Source: Azolla caroliniana | Taxonomy: Eukaryota > Plantae > Polypodiophyta | NCBI GenBank assembly: GCA_043228905.1 | Contig: JBHGNT010000020.1 | Location: 6,510,001-6,574,000 of the forward strand | Length of the DNA stretch: 64,000 bases | Direction: 5' to 3' | Shown: positions 50,229 to 60,308 of the stretch, piece by piece | Numbering within the stretch: position 1 is the stretch's first letter | How the letters are laid out: each line of letters begins with the position of its first letter | The notes under the pieces: model-generated | What the model was told of the DNA's origin: nothing | Databases searched by the model: none | Seen by the model: only the letters and a program-made list of their open reading frames with translations | Translations under genes and position numbers: made by a program

Positions 50229-52355
50229 ATGAGGGGGTCGGATCTCGCAGAGGCCATGGCTTCGGCCGTGGATCGGATTGTAAACGCGCGCGAGGGCACC
50301 GGTGCCCTCGACAGAGCTATTGAGGCGGTCGTCGGCACGATCGGCCGGTTCGATGGGAAGGATGCCACGAAGTATCTGGCGTCCTACGGTGCGGAAATGT
50401 TAATGCGGGACATTCCGGAAGACAGGCGTCTTGCCGGTTTTCCCCGAGTGGCGATGCCGAGCATCCATGCGGAGGTGCTCGAGGTGCGGGCGGAGAGCCG
50501 TACCTGGGAGGAGTTCGAAGGTCGGCTCCTGGAAAAATACGGACTGGACGACGCGCTCCGGCTTTCGAAGCGAAGCTTCATGGAGTGGGTGGAGTCTCCC
50601 GGGAAAGGAAGAAACGCGTCGGCACTCCTCCGGGAGTTCGAGGAGAACTTCGCGCGCCTTTCGGCGCTTGACAGGATGGTCCTGGATACAAGCCGGGTCC
50701 TGCTGTTCGTCAAATCGGTTGACGAGAGGGATCGGAGTCACGTGGGCGCCCTGCTAGAAACCGAAGACGGGCTGACAGCCGACTGGGCGGCGGTCAAGAG
50801 AGCCTGCGGCCGTTTCGACAAACGGCGAGAATGGGAGGATGACAGAGCAACCGGGTCGGGCTCAGTCGCGGCGAGGAAACTCGAGCCGGCGCAGCCGGTG
50901 CGAAGGGAAGAGACTCGGGAGTGGCTGGAATCCGGTTCAGCTGCGACCGACGTGATCAGAGGCTCGACTGGAGGAGCTGCGTTGGAGGAACTGACGAGGG
51001 CGATAAAAGACCTCCAAATCGCACAAGCCCGCAGAGAAGGCGGAGGACCTGCTCGTGACCGACGGCCGGCGGCAGGGAACAGGTGCATGTGGTGCGACGG
51101 GGTCGGCCACATCCGAAAAGACTGCGGCGATTTCGCAGAGGCGCTGAGGAACCGGGTGGTGTACCTATGGGAAGGCCGGGTTCACGCCAACGACACGAGA
51201 AGGGCCCTAAACCGAAACGACGGGCGAGGCGGAATGAAGAGGTTGATGGAAGAGGCGGCGGCGCGACATGCGGAAACCGTCCACTACTCGGCGTCGGCCG
51301 GTATTCGAGTCGGGGGCAACGAGGCCCGAAGAGGAAGCAAAGCCGGATTCTGGCCGACGGTGCTGGAAGGCCTTGCCGATACGAGGATGAAGAGGGAGGA
51401 ATCGGACCGTGCGGAGAAACGGGTACGGGAGATGACCGGGTGGAGCGACCCGGTCGAGGAGAAGACGGGCTTCGTGGAAGCCGCTTGCCGGAACTACGAG
51501 GCTCTGGTAGAAGAGAAGCGGGTGGGGAAACCCGGGACGACCGGGCCCTCACAACGATACGAGACCCGGTCCGGGCCACGACGGGACGAAGCCGGCGGGG
51601 CCGGTACGCAAGATAAACCCCAGAAGGGCGGGTACCGTCTGGGGACGGAGATAGAAAGAACCACGGACTTACGAAAGGTCCTGGAGGAACGGATCCTCGA
51701 CAGCAAGGTGGAGCTGTCGCTACGGGAGGTGCTCGGAATCGCGAAGAAAGAGTTCCACGACTCCATCGTGGACTTGGTCAAGCGGAAGAGGCTGTCGACG
51801 GAGGAGGAACCGGAAAGACCGGTAGAGGTGCGGACGGCGCACCTGGACGACATGGCGCTGGAAGACGAGTGGGCGGAGAGCCACTATTCGCGGCCACACT
51901 GGGCCCGAGCGACCACGGAAACCCCGGTAAAGATCGGCGATGTCCAGGAACCGGTAGTAGCTTTGGTGGACCACGGATCGGAAATCAACCTGATGTCCAT
52001 GGACTTCTATAAGAAGGGCAAATGGCCGATCAACACCAAGCACGGGTGGAAGATAAGGGCGGCGACGCGCGCCACCGAGGAACTTCACGGGGCCTGCCCG
52101 AATGTACGGGTCAAGATCGGCGATGTCGAGATAGACCAGCACTTCTTCGTGCAGGAGTCGTCATCGCACCCCGTCATACTGGGAGAGCCGTACATCACGG
52201 CGGCTCGAATGGAGACCAAGGTGCTGGACAACGGTTCGGCCTATGCGCGGGTCAAGAGCCAGGACGGGCGCCATTCGGTCCAGTTTTTGACGGTTAGGCC
52301 GAACCACGAGCGTAACCGCGACTCCCTCGGTTCCGATAACCGAGAGGATTTTTAG
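50229..52355 (+). CDS. gag: Gag-protease polyprotein of Gypsy F
   Basis: ATG at 50229 within ORF 50202-52355. Zinc knuckle CMWCDGVGHIRKDC. Aspartic protease ALVDHGSEINL...ILGEPY at the C-terminus. Confidence 0.9.
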   Translation: MRGSDLAEAMASAVDRIVNAREGTGALDRAIEAVVGTIGRFDGKDATKYLASYGAEMLMRDIPEDRRLAGFPRVAMPSIHAEVLEVRAESRTWEEFEGRLLEKYGLDDALRLSKRSFMEWVESPGKGRNASALLREFEENFARLSALDRMVLDTSRVLLFVKSVDERDRSHVGALLETEDGLTADWAAVKRACGRFDKRREWEDDRATGSGSVAARKLEPAQPVRREETREWLESGSAATDVIRGSTGGAALEELTRAIKDLQIAQARREGGGPARDRRPAAGNRCMWCDGVGHIRKDCGDFAEALRNRVVYLWEGRVHANDTRRALNRNDGRGGMKRLMEEAAARHAETVHYSASAGIRVGGNEARRGSKAGFWPTVLEGLADTRMKREESDRAEKRVREMTGWSDPVEEKTGFVEAACRNYEALVEEKRVGKPGTTGPSQRYETRSGPRRDEAGGAGTQDKPQKGGYRLGTEIERTTDLRKVLEERILDSKVELSLREVLGIAKKEFHDSIVDLVKRKRLSTEEEPERPVEVRTAHLDDMALEDEWAESHYSRPHWARATTETPVKIGDVQEPVVALVDHGSEINLMSMDFYKKGKWPINTKHGWKIRAATRATEELHGACPNVRVKIGDVEIDQHFFVQESSSHPVILGEPYITAARMETKVLDNGSAYARVKSQDGRHSVQFLTVRPNHERNRDSLGSDNREDF

Positions 52356-55300
52356 AGAGGGCTGCCAAGGCGTGGGGCCGCGACAGTCCGGACACCCCGG
52401 GAAAACCCCACACCTGTACGATAAAACCGAAGGAACCTTGTACCATAGGTAGGGGATTTTTGTTCTCCGACAGCGGAGCGTGTACGATAGTCGGCATCGG
52501 CGGCCGAGAGAAGACAAAGGCGGAGGGGAGACTTCGAGCGTGCGGAGTTCTCGGCCCTGACGAGGAAATCAACGGAGCCGTGGAGGCGGTCTCATTCGAC
52601 GACACCTTGGGAATGCTGGGAAAGGTAGTCGAAGAAGGCCTTAACGAAGACCGGACGATACCGGTGTGTTCCGAGGAGATGTACGAAGTCATCGCGGACT
52701 TCGGTCGAGGGCTCGAGTCAGTTCGGACGGCCCACGTAAGCACCAAGTACAAGACTGTGGACCGGAAGGTAAGGCCAGTCGCGGCACCCTTACCGGAGGA
52801 CAGCGCGTCGAGAATCAAAGGGGTTGCATCGGACCCTAGTCTACGAGATCCGGCCTGCATAGGGCACACCTTCACCGACGAGACGCTCCGAGAGCTCAAA
52901 ATCGGTGGGGGCGGGTTCCTACTGCCGGCGGAGGAAGACCGGTTTCGGAGAATGCTCGGAAGGCACGGGAAAGCCTTTGCATTCTCGCCGGAGGAAATCG
53001 GGTGCGTTGACCCGACGATCGTGGAGCCGATGGTGATATTCACGGTACCGCATGTACCATGGAACCTCAAGCCAATCCCGGTTCCGAGAGCTCACATCCC
53101 GAAGTTGATGGAGCTGCTGAGGCAGAAAGTTGATATGGGAATTCTCGAGCCGTCGAGCGCCCCATATTCGAATCGATGGTTTACCGTACCGAAGAAAAAC
53201 GGTTCGTTGCGCTTCATCCAGGACCTGCAGCCGGTCAATCGAGTGACCATTCGGAACGCAGGGATCGGACCGACCATAGACGAGTTCGCGGAGGCCTTCG
53301 CCGGAAGGTCAATTTACTCGGTCGGGGATCTATACTCAGGGTACGACCAGTTCCAGCTAGCCGTGGAGAGCAGAGACATTACGACGATGCGAACTCCCCT
53401 CGGCCTAGTTCGGATGTGTACACTGCCGCAAGGAGGGACCAACTCGGTGGCCCACATGGTGAATGCGATGAACAAGGTTCTGAGGGACTGTATCCCGGAC
53501 ATCACCATGCCGTTTCTGGACGACATCCCGATCAAGGGATGCCCGGTAGAAGAGAAGGACGAGACGATCGGGCCGGACGGATGCCGGCGATTCGTGGCGA
53601 CGCACATCGACGACTGCGAGAAGGTGCTGCGAAGGCTAGAGGATGCGAGACTCACCTTCTCCGGGGAGAAGTCGGCCTTCGGGCAGTCAGAAATCATGGT
53701 GGTCGGACACCTGTGCGGACCGTATGGCCGGAAACCGTCTCCGGCAAAGGTAGAAGCCATCTCCGCGATGAAGCCCGACTGCAGCTCGGTCACGGAAGTA
53801 CGGAGATTCCTGGGGGCATGCGCGTTCTACCACATATGGATCCCGCATTACGCACACGTCGCGGAGCCACTGTACGGGTTGCTGAAAAGGGGGCGAAGGT
53901 TCGAATGGCTAGACGAGCACGCGGAATCGGTCCGGAAGCTGAAAGAGGCCCTTGCAGCGGCACCGGCACTCCGGAAGGCGGTATACGGGAAGGGTACCCC
54001 GGTATTCATAACGGTGGATACCAGTCCGACCGGGATCGGATGGGTCGTGAACCAGGAAGACGAGGACGGCAATCGGTTTCCGATCCGATTCGGCGCGAAA
54101 GTCCTCAGTGAACGGCAGCGAGGATACGCCCAGGTTAAACGCGAACTCTGGGGTATTGTTTCGGCGGTTAAGGCCGACAAAGACTACCTGATAGGGACAG
54201 AAGTGATCATCGAGACGGATTGCCTGCCGATTCTCGGTATGGTTTCCGGATGCGCGACTCCGGACCTGGCGATGCTCAGGTGGATAGCGTACATCAAGTC
54301 CCTGGACCCGGAAATACGACACATTTCCGGGAAAGACAACGCCATGGCCGACATGCTTTCGAGGGCGAGGTTCGACGACGAGGGCGGCATGGTTTCGGAA
54401 GACGAAGAAGTCGGCGTGGATTTCTTCGAGGCGGCATACATAACGACCGACGGAATGAGCACTCCGGCGCTTAACGAGTTCGACGCGAGCAAGTACGACG
54501 GGGAGTGGCTGCAGATCGGCGGGTTTTTGAAGACAATGACGCCCGATGCGTCATGGACGAAGGACGAGGCCAACCGGATCCGGAAGAAAGCATATCGATT
54601 CTTTCTCCGAGATGGGCATTTGTGGAAGCACCCGAAGAAGAGGAACGGCGTCCCGCTCCGGGTGGTGGCGATGAAGGAAGAACAGGAGGAGCTACTGGCG
54701 GCCTACCACGACAGCCCTTGGGCTGGACACCGTGGAACGTGGGCGACGTTTGAGAAGCTGAAGGGGAAGTACTGGTGGCCGGGATTGTACCGGGACGTGC
54801 ATCGGTTCGTGTCAACTTGCGAGAGTTGTCAGATGCACTCGATAGTCCGACACCGGGACGGGCTTCACCCTACGTACCCTCCGACTATCCACTTCAAATG
54901 GATGGTAGATCTGGTGACGATGCCGATGGGGGTAGGACAGATGCGGTGTCTGGTCCTAGCACGGGAAGACCTGACGAACCAGGTGGAAGGCCGAGCCCTT
55001 CAGAACAAGACGACCGCGGCCGTGTGTCGGTTCCTGATCGAGGACGTGATATGCCGGTACGGGTGCGTCGGGAAGATCGTGGCTGACCGAGGGGAGTTGG
55101 ACGCCGAGGAAGCCGCGGAGCTGTTCGATCGGCTGGGAGTCAAACTCTCGCTCACCACTGCGTACAACCCGGAGGCGAATGGAAAGGTGGAGCGCGGACA
55201 CGGGCCGATCGTTAAGGCGCTGGTTCGGGCATGCGGAGGCCAAGTCGGTAACTGGCCGCGACTTCTACCTTATGCTTTGTGGGCCGACCGGACTACGCAC

Positions 55301-55843
55301 AGTTCGGTAACCGGGTACATGCCGACAGAGCTCATGTTCGGCCAGAAGCCGATCATGCCGATGGAACGAACAATCTCCTCATGGGCAACGGTCGACTGGA
55401 GGGACGAGATGAGCCGGGAGGAGTTGTTGGCAGCGCGTATACGACAACTCGAACGGAGACCGGAGGACGTGGAGACGGCTGCAGAAAGGATCCGAGTGGC
55501 GAGGATAAAGAACAAAGCCAGGTTCGACCGAACGCACCGACTCCGACCGAAGAAGATCGAAGAAGGTGACTGGGTGCTCGTCTACGACAGCAGCCTCGAC
55601 AACCAGCACCGAGCAACGCGGAAGTTCGCACGGAGATGGTTCGGGCCGTACACGGTAAAGAGCGCCAACGACAACGGGACGTATCATCTGGCGGAGCTCG
55701 ACGGTACGAGAATAGCGATACCCGTGGCCGGGAAGAGGATCAAAGCTTTCAAGAAGCGGCACGACGACGAACCCGACCCGATTCTCCTGGACAGCAGCGA
55801 CGACCGATCCGAGGCCGAGGAAGGGCCGGCAGGCGAAGAGTAA
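52352..55843 (+). CDS. pol: Pol (RT-RNaseH-integrase) of Gypsy F, in the -1 frame
   Basis: Frame is open from 52352 through ORF 52460-55843. RT (LPQG, FLDD), RH (VDTS...DMLSR), INT (H..GH...CESC, DRGE, NGKVER, GPY). Confidence 0.92.
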   Translation, partial: LERAAKAWGRDSPDTPGKPHTCTIKPKEPCTIGRGFLFSDSGACTIVGIGGREKTKAEGRLRACGVLGPDEEINGAVEAVSFDDTLGMLGKVVEEGLNEDRTIPVCSEEMYEVIADFGRGLESVRTAHVSTKYKTVDRKVRPVAAPLPEDSASRIKGVASDPSLRDPACIGHTFTDETLRELKIGGGGFLLPAEEDRFRRMLGRHGKAFAFSPEEIGCVDPTIVEPMVIFTVPHVPWNLKPIPVPRAHIPKLMELLRQKVDMGILEPSSAPYSNRWFTVPKKNGSLRFIQDLQPVNRVTIRNAGIGPTIDEFAEAFAGRSIYSVGDLYSGYDQFQLAVESRDITTMRTPLGLVRMCTLPQGGTNSVAHMVNAMNKVLRDCIPDITMPFLDDIPIKGCPVEEKDETIGPDGCRRFVATHIDDCEKVLRRLEDARLTFSGEKSAFGQSEIMVVGHLCGPYGRKPSPAKVEAISAMKPDCSSVTEVRRFLGACAFYHIWIPHYAHVAEPLYGLLKRGRRFEWLDEHAESVRKLKEALAAAPALRKAVYGKGTPVFITVDTSPTGIGWVVNQEDEDGNRFPIRFGAKVLSERQRGYAQVKRELWGIVSAVKADKDYLIGTEVIIETDCLPILGMVSGCATPDLAMLRWIAYIKSLDPEIRHISGKDNAMADMLSRARFDDEGGMVSEDEEVGVDFFEAAYITTDGMSTPALNEFDASKYDGEWLQIGGFLKTMTPDASWTKDEANRIRKKAYRFFLRDGHLWKHPKKRNGVPLRVVAMKEEQEELLAAYHDSPWAGHRGTWATFEKLKGKYWWPGLYRDVHRFVSTCESCQMHSIVRHRDGLHPTYPPTIHFKWMVDLVTMPMGVGQMRCLVLAREDLTNQVEGRALQNKTTAAVCRFLIEDVICRYGCVGKIVADRGELDAEEAAELFDRLGVKLSLTTAYNPEANGKVERGHGPIVKALVRACGGQVGNWPRLLPYALWADRTTHSSVTGYMPTELMFGQKPIMPMERTISSWATVDWRDEMSREELLAARIRQLERRPEDVETAAERIRVARIKNKARFDRTHRLRPKKIEEGDWVLVYDSSLDNQHRATRKFARRWFGPYTVKSANDNGTYHLAELDGTRIAIPVAGKRIKAFKKRHDDEPDPILLDSSDDRSEAEEGPAGEE

Positions 55844-55915
55844 AGGCGGGCCGGTTTTCTCCGTGCCAACTTATTTTGGCGCATGCCGGTGGATGCGCGG
55901 TTAGGTGGGGGCGGA

Positions 55916-56634
55916 TGTCGTGAAGAAAACCGCCCACAAGAGGAATCGGAGGAACAAGGCGTGGGAAACGGCTCTACGCACACACGCGCGCCAAGAAGTA
56001 CCTAAGGACGAAGTAGGTACATACGAGGATCCTAGGTGGGTAGATTCGGTTGGTATGCAGTTAATGCCAAACGGCCTCTTGACGGGCTATAAAAGGGAAG
56101 AGGAAGAATAGAAGTGGGTATCTCGCGCGGAGAGGACGAAGTGCTGCCGAACCGATTTCGGAGCTTCTCTCTCACTCCTGCTTTCTCTGTCTTCTGCTCC
56201 ATCGCGTACCTGTGCAGGTTTCGAGGAGGCTTGCGCTGTTCCGTGGAACGCCCCGAGTGCGTCCTGCAGCACCTCCGACCTGTTTTCCCTTCCTGTGCGT
56301 CGCGACATACAGGGGTCGGCATCTGTTCGCCGCCCTGTTCGTTTTCGTTAGTATCTATTTCGTGCCCCACCGTGGGTTGTAATACTTTAGTCTGTTATTT
56401 TCTTGCATTCATAAGTACATATCTTTCGTTGTTGCGTCCATCTGCGTCGGCGTTTATTTGTGATCTCTGTTTGTTGGGCCGTGTCCCTGTGCAATCGTCG
56501 GTTCTGCGCAATCGGATCTTCGGTTCTGTGTAATCGGGTCTCTCTCTCTCTTACTCCTCTCTCTCTTGCTCTTCGGTTCAAGACCCCCGTGGTCCCTCCT
56601 CCTTTCTACACGCAAGGGCGTAGCAACCCCGACA
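55916..56634 (+). repeat. 3' LTR of Gypsy F
   Basis: Matches the 5' LTR and is followed by TSD gcgt. Confidence 0.95.
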
Positions 56635-59600
56635 GCGTGTAACCTAGCATCCAATCCTTACCACCCCTTTGGAGAAGTGTCGAATAGACACCTGTGTTGA
56701 GGCTAGTCCTACCAGGCAGACAACAGTCCCACACTCGGTAGCCGAACTCATCGTCACCGTAACCGAGGAATATGCATGGCTGGGTCTTTGGATCTAACTT
56801 TCCTCTCCGGTCCTTAGCTACATGCACGTACGCGAGACACCCGAACACCTTCAGATGCCGGTAGGATACTTCCTTACCGGTCCACACTCTCTGTGGCGTG
56901 TCTCCGTCCAAGGGTACTGAGGGTGATCTATTTATCACATATGTCGATGTCGACAATGCCTCAGCCCAAAACTTCTTGGGTAGTTTTGCATGCGCTAGCA
57001 TACTCCGGACCCTCTCCATTATGGTCTGGTTCATCCTCTCGGCCAGTCCGTTTAGTTCCGGCGTCTTCGGCACAGTAAATTCGAGCCGGATTCCCTTCGA
57101 GCGGCAATACTCCTCGAACTGCCCCCGGTATTCTCCTCTGTTGTCTGCTCGAACCGCCTTCACCTTCCGGCCGGTTTCTCTTTCCACTCTCGCGTGAAGC
57201 TCTTTGAAGACGGATAGCACCTGATCCTTCGTCTTCAACGGTGTGGCCCATAGCTTCTGGCTATGGTCATCTATGAATGTCACGAAGTACTGCGCTCTGG
57301 CATGTGACTTCGTGTCTACTTGACACACATCCGTATGCACCAACTCTAGTGGTGCATTACATCTCATCGGTGGCCTTGGTCAGAAGGAGGTCCGGTTTTT
57401 CTTACCGGCCAGACAATCAGTGCACTTCTCCAAGTGCACGTTCTTCACTGGAATGAGGTTGTCGTCTGCAAGCCTCTTCATCCCCTTCTCGCTCATATGA
57501 CACAACCTCTTGTGCCACAGCTCACCGGCAGTGTTGGATGCCACGTTCACTTCCTCCGGACATAACCGGCCATTCATCAAGTACAATGTGTTGACCTTCC
57601 GAGCCCTAGCCACAATCAGGATCCCTTTGCTGAACTTCATGACACCGTTTCGGATGCTACCCGTGTAGCCTTCATCATCTAGCCGACCGGCTGATATCAA
57701 GTTCAGTCGAACCTCCAGAACGTGTCGGACATCCTTCAACAGCAACTTGCATCCGGTTGGTGTTGTCAGCCACACGTCTCCTATGCCGACAATTCGGCAT
57801 GTACCTTCATTCCCCATACGGACACAGCCGTGATCACCGGCTGAGTAGAACGAGAAGCATTTCCGGTCCGGAGTAAGGTGGAACGACGCTCCAGAGTCTA
57901 CCACCTAGGTCATCTCGTTGCCCGCAAGGTTTATCTCACTCTCCTCGGTGATGAGCATCAACTCTTCTTCACTTGCCACGATTGCCGTCGTTCGCTTCCA
58001 GTCCGGCCCCCTCCGGTCTTTGCCGTTCCGGTCCGGGGTCCGCTTCGAATCGGTACCGTCGGTCTCCTTATCTTTTTGGAAATGACGACAGTTCTTTTGG
58101 AAGTGTCCCGGCTTGCCGCAATAGAAGCAAGTAGGCCTCCCCCTTGACTTTGACCGTGTCCCCGACTTCTCCCGGTTCTGGGGACTACGGTTTCTATGTC
58201 TTCCGCGTTCCGATTCGGTAAGGAGTGCTTTGGAATCGGAGCTCGTATCTTTATCTTTCCGACGCGCCTCCTCATCTAGCAAGCTCGACATTACTCTTGC
58301 TAGGGATAACCGCTTTTCTTCCGGCCCGGCGTTGCCCAAAGTGACAACCAACGTCTCCCAGCTATCCGGGAGGGAACCGAGCAAGAGTAGCACTAGTAAC
58401 TCGTCAGTGAGAGGTACTTCCAATGATGTTTCTTGGTGGATCAGCCCCTGGAAGGCATTCATGTGCTCCGCCATGCTGGAGCCATCTTGGTACCGGAGTC
58501 TTACTAGCTTCCGGAATACCGAAACCTGATTAACAACATTTTTGTTTTGAAACATAATGCCGATCTTCTCCCAGATCTCATGAGCCTTGCTCTCTTCATT
58601 GAAGTTGTTGTATAGGCTCATATCGATGAAGCACCGTATGTACGCCGTTGTCTTCATGTGCATCACCTCCCATATCGCGGCGTCGATTTTGTCCGGTCTC
58701 TTGTCCCCGAACTGAACCGGCAGCCAAAGGTCTTCAACCACGGGCATGTCCCTCATCTTCGACTTCCACACTGAATAGTTGGAGCCGGTGAGCTTGAACA
58801 TGCCGCCAAATGATTCGTCCATTTTTTGTGTCGTTTCGCTCTGATACCACTTGACGGGAACTCTTGTTCCTTATACGCAACGCTCGGCCACAACCGAGCT
58901 TAGAATCATACACAGAAAAACGGGAAATAAAAGCACGACACAAAGAAGAGAAGAGTACACAGGATGTTTACGTGGAAAACCCAAAGAGGGAAAAAAAACC
59001 ACGGCAGCCCACAGGCTGCAAACTATCACTATGTTAGAATGTACAATAGTGAGTTCACGGAGGCAACGACCTCGTGCTGACGATCTTCGCCACAGGCGGC
59101 GGTTACAACAGAGGCAACGACCTCTTTCTCTCTCTCTCTCTCTCTGTACACAGTTACGTGCTCTCTCTATTCTTGCACCAACAAGAAAATGACAACACAC
59201 CTAAAAGTTTGCCCTAAGTCATATTTATACTAATATGACTTTTCGGCTATTTACAAATATAGTCATGATGGACTCTCAAAAACATATTTACGAATATGTC
59301 TCTTCATCCGGTTCTCACCGGGTCTGCACCATCCGGCTCTCCGTAGCCAGGTACTCGTCATCCGGTCTTCACCGGGTCTGCACCACCCGGTCTTCACCGG
59401 GTCTGTACCATCCGGCTCTCCATAGCCGGGTACTCCTCATCCGGTCTTCACCGGGTCTGTACCATCCGGCTCTTCGTAGCCGGGTACTCGTCATCCGGTC
59501 TTCACCGGGTCTGTACCATCCGGCTCTCCGTAGCCGGGTACTCCTCATCCGGTCTTCACCAGGTCTGTACCATCCGGCTCTCCGTAGCCGAGTACTCGTC

Positions 59601-60308
59601 ATCCGGTCACCATCCGGCTCTCTGTAACCGGGTACTCGTCATACGGTTTGTTCATCAGCACTGTTCTTCTCCCTTCCCATCCGGAGGGACCTGTCTCCCA
59701 ACAAGAAAAAGGGCGCCGATTCAAATAAATCCGGATCCGGTAAGGCCAGGCAAGGAAGTCGGCAAAGCTCGCACTGCGTAGAAGGATCAGAAGGATCCGG
59801 AACCGCAAAGACCGGACAAGGGCCAACCTTCGTGATGAAGCACAAGGCGAACTCAATAAAGAAGACCACTTCCGGATCGGAGGAAGTATGGTACGTTGCC
59901 TCTAGAGCATCAAACTCCATGACGTGCCATGAAGAGTGGTTCTCATTTTTGGAAAAGCCGGAGCAACCGGGAGTTGTCGAAACCGGAGACGACACTCCTC
60001 ACCTGATTGTGCATGTCGAAGAAGTCCTTTTAAGCCATGCCGAACAAAAGGGAAAACTAATGAACGTAATACATGTTCCGCCAATCACAAAGAACCTGGT
60101 GTCGGTCAGGCAGATCGTCGACCAAGGGATGCAGTTGCGGTTTACGCACCTCAAGTGCTTCATCGAGGAAGAAGGCCGAATAATTGCGCAAGGGCGTAGG
60201 GACGAGAGGATTTGCATCCTCGACACCAATGACTTCAGCACCGCTATGTTCACAAAAGTACAGAAGATCGAATCGTATATCGACCTATGGCACAAGGTGT
60301 CGGATCGG

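Larger units (their letters stand above)
49467..56634 (+). mobile_element. Intact Ty3/Gypsy LTR retrotransposon F (no chromodomain)
   Basis: 719-bp LTRs at 49467-50185 and 55916-56634 (TGTCG...CGACA). 4-bp TSD GCGT. PBS at 50189. PPT-like aggtgggggcgga before the 3' LTR. Two uninterrupted ORFs. Confidence 0.97.
49165..56725 (+). mobile_element. Solo LTR E (~390 bp), split by Gypsy F
   Basis: TGTTG...CAACA termini. TSD GTCCC at 49160-49164 and 56726-56730. Parts 49165-49466 and 56639-56725. TATAAAAG near 49346 suggests the + orientation. Confidence 0.88.
46408..59703 (-). mobile_element. Ty1/Copia element D (Tnt1/Tork-like), interrupted in the integrase
   Basis: LTRs 46408-47198 and 58852-59703. 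TSD AGAAA. Met PBS 58838-58849. Gag 57905-58822 ([14 protein letters not shown]), PR VDSGAS, RT LLYVDD, RH SWQSRLQKTVALSTTEAE. Confidence 0.95.

Noticed and set aside
50129-55983. Many overlapping and antisense ORFs within Gypsy F
   Set aside because: Expected from high GC content and few stop codons. They show no recognisable motifs.
49467-56634. Recent horizontal transfer or contamination suggested by high GC
   Set aside because: The element is cleanly integrated with a TSD, and an old relative lies at 26883-30425. High GC can simply reflect a lack of methylation decay. A phylogeny would be needed.
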